From positions 1 through 16,845 of the forward strand of contig NW_021825037.1 of the NCBI RefSeq assembly GCF_006345805.1: a stretch of DNA of 16,845 nt, in the 5' to 3' direction. The notes below the pieces were generated by a model. The model saw only the letters and a list, made by a program, of their open reading frames with translations. It was not told the origin of the DNA and made no database searches. The position numbers and the translations under genes were made by a program. Origin of the DNA: Octopus sinensis. Taxonomy: Eukaryota. This document shows, one piece after another, positions 1-10,342 of this stretch. The number at the start of each line of letters is the position of its first letter. The first letter of the stretch is position 1.

Positions 1-47
1 CAGCATGGCCACAGTCAAATGACTGAAACAAGTAAAAGAGTAAAAGA
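1..47 (+). mobile_element. 3' end of tRNA-derived SINE (cut by window start)
   Basis: cagcatggccacagtcaaatgactgaaacaagtaaaaga is the near-exact reverse complement of the SINE ends at 14833-14875, 5722-5756 and 9805-9845; followed by (AT)n. Confidence 0.85.
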
Positions 48-158
48 TATATATATATATATAAGCTTATATATATATATATATATATATATAAATATTA
101 TATATAATATATTATATATATATATATATAATATATATATATAGATATATATATATAT
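48..158. repeat. (AT)n microsatellite
   Basis: Directly visible, with a few interruptions. Confidence 0.95.
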
Positions 159-490
159 TTGTTTAGCTAAGTTGAGGTTATAAAAGATAATGGTGTCATT
201 GAGACCCGAAGGTGTCAGGTAATGCTGAATAAGTGCTATAGACAGACCATAGTTAAGTTCCAGATTCGGTAATTTTGCGAATAAGGGGTTCAACGTTGCC
301 ACCTCACTCTCTATTTTGTATCACATCTAAACTAACTATGACTTAACCATCCTCTCACACCGTTTCCGATGAAGGGATATTATTAATTAATATCCTTGAA
401 ACAGCTGTAAGACCTTCTATCTATAAATGTTCTAATATCTACACAGCCTTAGTTTTTTTTATATCTCATTACGCAAAAAATTCTTATATA
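159..490 (+). mobile_element. Probable Penelope-like element 3' remnant (hammerhead plus tail)
   Basis: Contains the hammerhead motif at 362-413 and an ~75-nt AT-rich tail ending at TATATA. Family assignment is inferred from the known association of minimal hammerheads with Penelope-like elements; no RT or GIY-YIG ORF is seen. Confidence 0.5.
362..413 (+). ncRNA. Minimal type-I hammerhead ribozyme motif (U4C variant, GUA triplet)
   Basis: Stem I GTTT(362-365)/AGAC(410-413); core CCGATGA(366-372); 10-bp stem II AGGGATATTA/TAATATCCTT (373-382/388-397); GAAA(398-401); C-AGCT-GTA(402-409), with ACAGCTGT palindromic. Confidence 0.75.
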
Positions 491-536
491 TTTGTTTAGC
501 TATCAATTTATGTAGCTTTATCTATCATCTATGTAT

Positions 537-984
537 GGGATCTTTCCGGTTTGACCGGCAGTTTTTTCTAGCCGTGTCGTATGAAATTGTCACCCATAAT
601 TATGACCCTAGTATCGATCTATTGCATTTCAATCTCTTTTAGGGTTAGGGTTAGAGTTCGGGTTAGTTAGGGTTAGGGTTAGGGTTAGGGGTGGGGGTAA
701 GGGTATATTTTTTCTTCACAAATGTAAATAAACCCAATCTGTTTCTTAAACGAGGGACATATTCATACGGCACAGAATGTTTTTTTACCTCAATGGACGT
801 CAGTGATTGGTTGAAATTGCAGAAATTGAAGAAGAAAAAACCCAACAAATATCTTACAAACAATAGGATTTTCTCAATAAAGCCAAGAGAAAAAGATGTT
901 TTATAAACACATTCTACAAAGTTTAAAACTTTTTAGTTACCTAGAAATTATGTTAAAAACTGCCGTTCAAACCGAAAAGATCCC
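537..984. mobile_element. Non-autonomous DNA transposon (MITE), possibly PIF/Harbinger-like
   Basis: 30-bp TIRs (537-566 and 955-984) match at 28/30 and start GGG; flanked by TAT (534-536, 985-987), a candidate 3-bp TSD. Superfamily is inferred from the GGG start and 3-bp TSD. Confidence 0.8.
639..703 (+). repeat. Interstitial telomere-like (TTAGGG)n tract inside the MITE
   Basis: Six exact TTAGGG units (four consecutive at 667-690) plus degenerate TTAGAG, TTCGGG, GTGGGG, GTAAGGG. Confidence 0.9.
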
Positions 985-987
985 TAT

Positions 988-1022
988 GTATGTATGTATG
1001 TATGTATGTATGTATCTATCTA

Positions 1023-1071
<49 letters not shown>

Positions 1072-1114
1072 CTATCTGTGTGTCTGTCTATCTCTCTCTC
1101 TCTCTCTCTACCTA

Positions 1115-1180
<66 letters not shown>

Positions 1181-1184
1181 CCTA

Positions 1185-1243
<59 letters not shown>

Positions 1244-1346
1244 GTGTGTCTGTCTATCTCTATCTATCTATCTATTAATCTATCTATCTATTTACCTATC
1301 TCTCTCTCTCTCTCTATCTATCTTTCTGTGTGTCTGTCTGTCTCTC

Positions 1347-1393
<47 letters not shown>

Positions 1394-1405
1394 GCCTGTC
1401 TCTAT
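988..1405. repeat. Compound (TATG)/(TATC)/(TC) microsatellite
   Basis: Directly visible; source of ORFs 896..1492, 990..1418 and 994..1278. Confidence 0.95.
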
Positions 1406-1564
1406 ATATTATACTTAGGCGCGTTTCCCTCAACCCACGCACATCAAACTCACACTCCGGCGGCAACAGTAACGCATTACCAACAGGTATAAATCCCTAC
1501 TGTGACCCACCCTCTCTTTTGTCCTCCGCCTTCCTTTCCCTCTCTCTCTCTCTCTGCTATTACT

Positions 1565-2455
1565 TTTACTATTACCACCACCACCAACACCACCACTACA
1601 ACCACCTCCTCTGCCTCCGTCGAGAGTGTTGTGACAAAGTGTAGTGGCAGACGACAACGACGGCGACTACTATCTCCACTACCACCACCACCACCACCAC
1701 ACCAAAAACGCCGCCATCGCCACTACGACAATAACCACGACGACGACTACTATCTCCACCACCACCACCACCCACCAAAACCGCCGCCGCCGACACTACG
1801 ACAATGACGACGACTACTAATCACCACCACCACCACACCAAAACCGCCGTCGCCGACACTACGACAATAACCACAACGACGACGACTACTATCTCTACCA
1901 CCACCACACCACAACCGCCGCCGTCGCCACTACGGCAATAACCACGACTACTATCTCTACCACCACCACCACCACCACACCAAAACCGCCGCGACACTAC
2001 GACAATAACCACAACGACGACGACTACTATCTCTACCACCACCACCACCACCACACCAAAACCGCCGCCGTCGTCACTACGACAATAACCACGTCGACGA
2101 CGACGACGACTACTTTCTCTACCACACCCACCACCACACCAAAACCGCCGCCGTCGCCGACACTACGACAATAACCACGACAACGACGACGACTACTAAT
2201 CTCCTCCACCACCTTCACCACCACACCAAAACCGCCGTCGCCGCCACTACGACAATAACCACATCGACTACGACGACTACGACTACTACCTCCACCACCA
2301 CCACCACCACCACACCAAAACCGCCGCCGTCGCCACTACGACAACGACGACTACTATTATCTCCACCACCACCACCACACCAAAACCGCCGCCGCCGTCA
2401 CCACTACGACAATAACCACGTCGTCGACCACGACGACTACGACGACGACTACGAC
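1565..2455. repeat. CpG-rich composite minisatellite, ~11 units of ~63-89 bp
   Basis: Unit (ACC)n-ACACCAAAA-(CCG)n-TCGCC-ACTACGACAATAACC-(ACG)n-ACTACTATCT. Anchor ACGACAA recurs at about 1651, 1725, 1798, 1861, 1932, 1999, 2079, 2165, 2249, 2338 and 2406. Confidence 0.9.
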
Positions 2456-2673
2456 ACGCTGTCAGCCAGCGAGGCGGACCCGCGGCCCAACGAGCCAGCC
2501 CGCCAGCCCGCCGACCATCCGGCCAGCCAGTCAGTTAGACAATCCGTCTCTCATTCATAGTTGTTGTAGTGACCCGGTGCTTTTTATTACGAGATGTCAT
2601 AATGCAAGTGTTGCTGGAACGAACGAACCACTATGGGAGTTGATAAAGCGAATAAGGTAAACCAGAGTGCCCT

Positions 2674-2733
2674 ATAATTATTACTATCATTATCATTATT
2701 ATTATTATTGTTATTATTATTATTATTATTATT
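2674..2733. repeat. (ATT)n microsatellite
   Basis: Directly visible. Confidence 0.95.
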
Positions 2734-2774
2734 ATGATTTACTCTGCTTCAGTGCCAACACACTTACGTACGTA

Positions 2775-3600
2775 TATACACATACACATACATACATAAT
2801 ACATACATACATACATACATACATATGTATGTATGTATCAATGAATGTATGTATGTATGTATTATGTATGTATGTATGTATATATTGTGTATGTATGTAT
2901 GTATTATGTATGTATGTATGTATGTATTGTGTATGTATGATGTATATATTGTGTATGTATGTATGTATTATGTATGTATGTATGTATGTATGTATGTATG
3001 TATTATGTATGTATGTATGTATGTATGTATGTATTATGTATGTATGTATGTATGTATGTATGTATGTATGTATGTATGTATGTATGTATGCATGTATCAT
3101 GAATGTATGTATGTATGTATGTATGTATGTTGTATGTATGTATGATGTATGTATGTATGTATTATGTATGTATTATGTATGTATGTAGTATGTATGTATT
3201 ATGTATGTATGTTGTATGTATTATGTATGTGTATGTATGTATGTATGTATGTATTATGTATGTATTATGTATGTATGTATGTATGTATGTATTATGTATG
3301 TATGTATGTATGTATGTATTATGTATGTATGTATGTATGTATGTATGTATTATGTATGTGTGTATGTATGTATGTATGTATGTATGTATGTATGTATGTA
3401 TGTATGCATGTATCAATGAATGTATGTATGTATGTATGTATCAATGTATGTATGTATGTATGTATGTATGTATGTATGTATGTTTGTATGTATGTATGAG
3501 TGTATGTATGTATGTATGTATGTGTGTATGTGTGTAGGTATGTGTGTATGTATGTATGTATGTGTGTATGTATGTATGTATGTATGTATGTATTGTGTAT
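2775..3600. repeat. (CATA)n switching to long (TATG)n array
   Basis: Directly visible; strand switch at 2824/2825. Confidence 0.95.
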
Positions 3601-3861
3601 TGTGTAGGCTTTTCCTTTCATTATATAACAGCACAACAAACGGCCCGGATAGCAATCAATGCTTCCCTCCGAGCTATCCACCCGACACAAAAGGGGTATG
3701 AAGGCCACTGGCGTTAACGGGTCACTTGCTAGAAAGTGGAGCCGATTGTCCCTCAATAACGAAGGACGGTCTAGATAACGGGAGCCCTGGATAAACTTAG
3801 GGAGAAGGTTTTCGTTTGCGGTTGGAAAGATTTTAAGAATACGTTCGTTCAGTGAGTAACT

Positions 3862-3878
3862 GTGTATGTATGTATGTA

Positions 3879-3909
<31 letters not shown>

Positions 3910-4335
3910 GTGTGTATGTATGTATGCATGTATGTATGTATTATGTATGTATGTATGTATGTATGTATGTATGTATATATGTATGTACGTATGAATACAT
4001 GTGTGTATGTGTATATACGTTCGTATTTATGTATGTATGTTTGTATATACGAGCTTGCGAATATATGTATGTATGTGTATATGTATGTACGCACGTATGT
4101 ATGTATACATGTGTGTATACGTTCGTATTTATATATGTATGTACGTACGTATGCATGTATGTATGAGCTTACGAATATATGTATGTATGTATGTGTGTAT
4201 GTATAGATGTGTGTATGTATACGTACGAACGTACGCATTTATGTATGTGTATATGTATATACATACGTATGTAAGTATGTACGCATGTATATATGTATAC
4301 ATCTATGTATGTAACTATATATGAATGTATGTATG
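3862..4335. repeat. Degenerate (TATG)/(TG)/(TACG) array
   Basis: Directly visible. Confidence 0.9.
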
Positions 4336-4731
4336 AAGGGCCGGATTAAGACCTATAGTGACCCTCAGCCCTTAAAAGATTTTGGTATCCCACCCCATAT
4401 ATATATATATAATTCAAAATTTAACCAACAATAAACCACAAAATTTAGTTTTATATTTCAAAATGAAACACAACTGACAACAAGACAAAAAATAAAGTTT
4501 ATTTCCGTAAACTTTCACTTCACTCATATCTGAAAAGTTTTCTCCCTCTTCTTTTAATTGCGCCATGAATACTTCGAAATTGTATTTCCAATCATAATAC
4601 TCCGAATATTATTTCAGCAAATTTAAAGTAATTTCTTTTGTGCTGTAAACAATTTATTATTTCTGTGGATGCCCCCTTCCCTTGATGTCCCAAGAACGTG
4701 CTTTTTTTGTATAAGGGTTAATCAAACTCTG
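4336..4731. mobile_element. Diverged hAT-like MITE, copy 1
   Basis: Left end AAGGGCCGGATTAAG, degenerate right end GGTTAATCAAACTCTG; flanks tatgtatg/tacgtatg (7/8, but within microsatellite); colinear similarity to 6137-6556. Confidence 0.65.
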
Positions 4732-4742
4732 TACGTATGTAC

Positions 4743-4773
<31 letters not shown>

Positions 4774-4829
4774 TGTATGTATGTATGTATGTATGTATGT
4801 ATGTATGTATGTATGTATGTATGTATGTA

Positions 4830-4876
<47 letters not shown>

Positions 4877-4965
4877 ATGTATGTATGTTATGTGTGTGTG
4901 TGTGTGTGTGTGTGGTGTGTATGTATGTATGTATGTATGTATGTATGTATGTATGTATGTATGTA

Positions 4966-4996
<31 letters not shown>

Positions 4997-5718
4997 ATGT
5001 ATGTATGTATGTATGTATGATGTATGTATGTATGTATGTATGTATGATGTATGTATGTATGTATTATGATGTATGTATGTATGTATGTATGTATGATGTA
5101 TGTATGTATGTATGTATGTATGTATGTATTATGATGTATGTATGTATGTATGTATGTATGTATGTATGTATGATGTATGTATGTATGTATGTATGTATGT
5201 ATGTATTATGATGTATGTATGTATGTATGTATGTATGTATGATGTATGTATGTATGTATGTATGTATGTATGTATGTATGTATGTATGTATTATGATGTA
5301 TGTATGTATGTATGTATGTATGTATGTATGTATGTATGTATGATGTATGTATGTATGTATGTATGTATTATGATGTATGTATGTATGTGTGTATGTATGT
5401 ATGTATGTATGTATGTATGTATGTATGTATCTATGTATCTATGTATGTATGTATGATGTATGTATGTATGATGTATGTATGTATGTATGTATGATGTATG
5501 TATGTATGTATGTATGATGTATGTATGTATGTATGTATGATGTATGTATGTATGTATGTATCTATGTATCTATGTATGTATGTATGATGTATGTATGTAT
5601 GATGTATGTATGTATGTATGTATGTATGTATGTGTGTATGTATGTATGTATGTATGTATGTATGTGCGTATGTATGTATGTATGTATGTATGTATGTATG
5701 TATGTGTGTATGTACATA
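4732..5718. repeat. ~1-kb (TATG)n array with TG blocks and GATGTA/TATTATGA interruptions
   Basis: Directly visible. Confidence 0.95.
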
Positions 5719-5721
5719 TAC

Positions 5722-6101
5722 TCTTTTACTCTTTTACTTGTTTCAGTCATTCGACTATGTATACATGTGTGTATTTATTTATGTGTATATGTATGTATGT
5801 ACGTACGTATATATGTATGTATGGCCATGCTGGAGCACCACCTTTTAGGTGAGCAAATCGACCCCAGGACTTATTCCTTGTAAGCCTAGTACTTATTGTA
5901 TCAGTCTCTTTTGCCGAACCGCTAAGTTACGGGGGATGTTGGGGGGGGGGGACAAACACAGACACACAAACACGCACACACATATATATATATACAGTTT
6001 CCGTCTACCAAATCCACTCACAAGGCTTTGGCCGGCTCAAGGCTATAGCAGAAGACACTTGCCCAAGGTGCCACGCAGTGGGAATGAACCCGGAACCATG
6101 T
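5722..6101 (-). mobile_element. tRNA-derived SINE, head truncated, interrupted by a microsatellite-like insert
   Basis: Colinear with 14833-15280; B-box-like GGTTCATTCCC and CORE-like GGCACCTTGGGCAAGTG on the minus strand; 66-bp insert at 5757-5822; breaks off at CATGT. Confidence 0.85.
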
Positions 6102-6136
6102 ATACATATATGTATATATGCATATATGTATGTATG

Positions 6137-6556
6137 TAGGGCCGGATTAAGACTTATAGAAGCCCAAGGCTCATTGGTGCCCCCACCCCTCATAAATATA
6201 TAATTCAAAATATAAACAATAATAAACCACAAGATGAATTCTTATTTTTCAAAATGAAACAAATCAGTAATATGGAAAATAATGTTTATTTTTCTATACT
6301 TCTCTCTGATCTTCTACGTTAAATATTTTCTCCGACTATTTTTTTTTAATTGGGAAGTTTTTGATGAGATCCTTATTATGACACCATAAACACTTCGGAT
6401 TACATTTCCGATCATATAAACCACTTTGATATTATTTTTGACAAGTTTATAGTGATTTCTTTTGTGCCGTAAACTATTTATTGTTTCTGTGGTGATCCAG
6501 TTGCCTTGGTGCCCCCAGGCACGTGCTTATTTTGATGAATGGATAATCGAGCGCTG
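6137..6556. mobile_element. Diverged hAT-like MITE, copy 2
   Basis: Left end TAGGGCCGGATTAAG, degenerate right end GGATAATCGAGCGCTG; flanks tatgtatg/tatgtatg; shares internal motifs (ataattcaaaat, aataaaccacaa, ttcaaaatgaaac, atttcttttgtgc, tttctgtgg, acgtgctt) with copy 1. Confidence 0.65.
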
Positions 6557-6572
6557 TATGTATGTATGTGTA

Positions 6573-6603
<31 letters not shown>

Positions 6604-6835
6604 ATGTATGTATGTATGTATGTATGTATGTATGTATGTGTGTATGTATGTGTGTATGTATGTATGTATGTATGTATGTATGTGTGTGTATGTGTGTGTG
6701 TGTATGTATGTATGTAGTATGTGTGTATGTATGTATGTATGTGTGTGTGTGTATGTATGTATGTATGTATGTATGTATGTATGTATGTGTGTGTATGTAT
6801 GTATGTATGTATGTATGTATGTATGTATGTATGTA

Positions 6836-6868
<33 letters not shown>

Positions 6869-6990
6869 ATGTATGTATATATACATATAAATACATACAT
6901 ACTCATACATACAATATATATGATGTATACATGTGTATATATATATATATATATGTGTGTATGTATATATATATATATATATAATATACA
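6557..6990. repeat. (TATG)/(TG)/(TA) compound microsatellite
   Basis: Directly visible. Confidence 0.95.
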
Positions 6991-7108
6991 TATTATCTCC
7001 ACTAACACTGCGAAATTCCTGGGGTAGATCCAGCGGAAATATACCCCAAACTTGGATGACACCAGGTAGCACAAACCGTGAACGTGCTTTACTAAACTCA
7101 CTAGCACA

Positions 7109-7109
<1 letters not shown>

Positions 7110-7155
<46 letters not shown>

Positions 7156-7527
7156 GTGTATATATATATATACAAAATGAGAAAATGGAGAAATATATCT
7201 AAATCAATCATCAACTATCAGATAATACCGAATATATATAAAAATATATATATAGAGAGAGATATATAGATAGATAAATATACATACATACATACATACA
7301 TACAAGCATGCACACAAGAACAAGTATATACATATATGTACATATATATACTTAGACACACACACACGCACGTATATATATATATATATATTATATATAC
7401 ATGCACCCACACTTTTGCTTACGTACATGTATACGTAATATTATCTTTTTTGTATGTGGAGCAATATATTTTCGCTCGAAACTTATGTTCTAGATTGTTT
7501 ACTTTAAGATAATATATATATTATATA

Positions 7528-7558
<31 letters not shown>

Positions 7559-7725
7559 CATACTCAAAACTGGTTGTGTTTTCTATTGTATCAATAAATT
7601 CCACTGATCTCATAGACATGAATATTTATATATATACACCTACATACATATGCGTGTGTGTATGCATCTATGTATACGTATATACGTACCTATTTACAAT
7701 AGATACTTGTATGTATTCATTCATT

Positions 7726-7782
<57 letters not shown>

Positions 7783-7790
7783 ACACAATC
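7110..7790. repeat. Patchwork of (CA)n, (TA)n and (CATA)n tracts with short unique spacers
   Basis: (CA)n 7110-7152 and 7727-7786, (TA)n 7504-7560. Confidence 0.85.
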
Positions 7791-8286
7791 TTTATATATA
7801 AAAGAGAGGTTGTGTGTCTGTCTCCTACGATTTAGATTCCTAACTACTCCCACATTTTGCGGTGCAGTTTAACCAAAACCGGGTATCTTATAGTCGTCAT
7901 TCATATCGAGCCCTTATGGGTATTAGCGCACGTCTACGATGAGTCTACGATTTTAAAAATAATTTACCATCATTTTTTTCCATTTTAATGCATTTTTTCG
8001 CTATTATATAAGGGAAGTAACTCTCTAAAAATGTCTACGATGAGTCTACGATTTAAAAAAAAATTACCATCATTTTTTTCCATTTTAATGCATTTTTTCG
8101 CTATTATATAAGGGAAGTAACTCTCTAAAAAGGTCTACGATGAGTCTACGATTTAAAAAAAAATTTACCATCATTTCTTTCCCATTTTTAATGCATTTCT
8201 TTGCTATTTTTTGGCTATAACTCTCTAAAAATGCTTATATAGTTATTTCCCTTACAAACCCGAGCAACGCCGGGCGATACTGCTAG
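7789..8286 (+). mobile_element. Non-autonomous Helitron
   Basis: Starts TC(TTTATATATAAAAG...TGTGTCTGTC) after A7788; ends CTAG (8283-8286) before T8287; GC-rich hairpin CCCG-AGCAACGC-CGGG at 8259-8274, 8 nt upstream of CTAG. These are standard Helitron termini and the A|T target. Confidence 0.85.
7932..8232. repeat. 3x ~100-bp tandem repeat inside the Helitron
   Basis: Units start GTCTACGATGAGTCTACGAT at 7932, 8033 and 8133; the third unit is more diverged. Confidence 0.95.
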
Positions 8287-8291
8287 TATTT

Positions 8292-8521
8292 ATATAAAAT
8301 ATAAATTAGAGATAAAATCACTATTATGTATCTCAAACAGTGATAGACATAAACCAATATATTAATAACAAATAATATATATTTTTATAAAACATATAAC
8401 TTATAACTAGATCTCAAAAAGTATAAAAATGAATGATCAATATATAATATATTAATTAATATATGTCTATCACTGTTTGAATTGCATAATAGTGGTTTTA
8501 TCTCTAATTTATATTTTATAT
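8292..8521. repeat. Foldback with 60-bp inverted arms and ~110-bp AT-rich spacer
   Basis: 8292-8351 is the reverse complement of 8462-8521 with about 5 mismatches. Confidence 0.9.
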
Positions 8522-8563
8522 ATATGTATATATATGTATGTATGTATATGGTAAACATGTATG

Positions 8564-8606
<43 letters not shown>

Positions 8607-9290
8607 TATGTATGTATGTATGGATGTATGTATGTATGTATGTGTGTGTATGTATGTATGTATGTATGTGTGTATGTATGTGTGTATGTGTGTGTATGTA
8701 TGAATGTATGTATGTATGTATTTATGTATGTGTGTGTATGTGTGTATGTATGTATGAATGTATGTATGCATGCATGCATGTATGTATGTATGTATGTATG
8801 TATGTATGTATGAATGTATGAATGTATGTATGTATGTATGTATTTATGTATGTATGTATTTGTATGTATGTATGTATGTATGTATGTATATATGTATGTA
8901 TATATGTATGTATTTATGTATGTATTATGTATGTATGTATGTATGTATGTATGTATGTATGTATGTATGAATGTATGTATGTATGTATGTATGTATGTAT
9001 GTATGTATGTATGTATGTATGTATGAATGTATGTATGTATGTATGTATGTATGTATGTCTGTATGAATGTATGTATGTATTTGTATGTATGTATGTATGT
9101 ATGTATGTATATATGTATGTATTTATGTATGTATTATGTATGTATGTATGTATGTATGTATGTATTTGTATGTATGTATGTATGTATGTATATATGTATG
9201 TATATATGTATGTATGTATGTATGTATTATGTATGTATTTGTATTGTATGTATGTATGTATGTATGTATGTATGTATGTATGTATGAATG

Positions 9291-9321
<31 letters not shown>

Positions 9322-9567
9322 TTGTATGTATGTATGTATGTATGTATGTATGTATGTATGTATTTATGTATGTATGTATGTATGTATGTATTATGTATAT
9401 ATGTATGTATGAATGTATGTATGTATGTATGTATTATGTATATATGTATGTATGTATGTATGTATGTGTGTATGTATGAATGTATGTATGTATGTATTTA
9501 TGTATGTATGTATGTATGTATATATGTATGTATGTATGTATGAATGTATGAATGTATGTATGTATGT
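8522..9567. repeat. ~1-kb (TATG)n array with GAATG/TATTTA/TATTTG/TATATA interruptions
   Basis: Directly visible. Confidence 0.95.
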
Positions 9568-9804
9568 AGACATATATTTGCTCCTATACCTGTATATGTG
9601 TGTATATATGTAATGAGGGGGTACCAGTATGTGGCGGGTGAGATCTAGCAGGGAGATAAACTATTTAAAATTGCAACACGGAAGTGTTCTATAAATAACC
9701 CTCAGTCATCAATTAAATATTAATACACATCCACACACACATGCACACATGTACACATGTATACACATGTATGTGTGTATATATATATTTCTTTTTATTT
9801 TGTC

Positions 9805-9975
9805 CTTTTACTTGTTACAGTCATTTGACAGCGGCCGTGCTGGAGCACCGCCTTTAGTCGAGCAAATCGACTCCAGGACTTATTCTTTTTTTGTAAGCCC
9901 AGATTATTTACCGGTGTTTTGCTGAACCGTTAAGTAACGGGGACCAATATTGGTTGTCAACCAATGTTGGAAACA
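9805..9975 (-). mobile_element. 3' half of tRNA-derived SINE
   Basis: cttttacttgttacagtcatttgacagcggccgtgctggagcaccgcctttagtcgagcaaatcgac matches 14833-14900. Confidence 0.85.
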
Positions 9976-9984
9976 CACACACAC

Positions 9985-9988
<4 letters not shown>

Positions 9989-10045
<57 letters not shown>

Positions 10046-10071
10046 ATACATATATCATATATATGATAATA

Positions 10072-10110
<39 letters not shown>

Positions 10111-10120
10111 TATATATATT
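9989..10120. repeat. (AT)n microsatellite
   Basis: Directly visible; further (AT)n tracts at about 10340-10382, 10500-10643, 11500-11526, 11815-11857, 12172-12242 and 15553-15572. Confidence 0.95.
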
Positions 10121-10187
10121 GATAAAACGGTAAGATAAAAAAAGAAAGAAAGAGACCTCAATATTATGTAAATAGAGGAAATTTATC

Positions 10188-10342
10188 TATACAATATGTT
10201 ACATTACTCGGTAGTCAAGATAAAACTCTGAGTTTCAGATGCCGAAGTGGAAATCCACAACGAGATGGTGTTGTGGATTTCCACTTCGGCATCTGAAACT
10301 CAGAGTTTATCTTGACTACCGAGTAATGTAACATATTGTATA
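10188..10342. repeat. Near-perfect palindrome, 74/73-bp arms, 8-bp spacer
   Basis: 10188-10261 vs 10270-10342 differ by one indel in an A/T run; spacer GAGATGGT. Confidence 0.95.

Noticed and set aside
171-330. Possible GIY-YIG C-terminal remnant (...NKGFN...) upstream of the first hammerhead
   Set aside because: Needs a frameshift and stops, and the resemblance is too short to support without an HMM search.
639-703. True telomere
   Set aside because: Short, degenerate and internal to a TIR element.
663-906. ORFs 663..863 and 691..906
   Set aside because: Short, inside a non-autonomous element, with no transposase motifs.
1415-1462. Minus-strand TTGATGT...GAAACGCGCCTA hammerhead-like string
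   Set aside because: Two core mismatches, no stem II pairing and no C-G pair in stem III; likely chance.
1430-2224. Thr/Pro/His- or Val/Gly-rich ORFs resembling mucin or shell proteins
   Set aside because: They come from the triplet minisatellite; unit lengths shift frame and stops recur (CAA TAA).
7932-8232. CRISPR-like appearance of the 100-bp repeats (also the 184-bp repeats at 16293-16845)
   Set aside because: Head-to-tail tandem units with no unique spacers and no cas genes, in a eukaryotic context.
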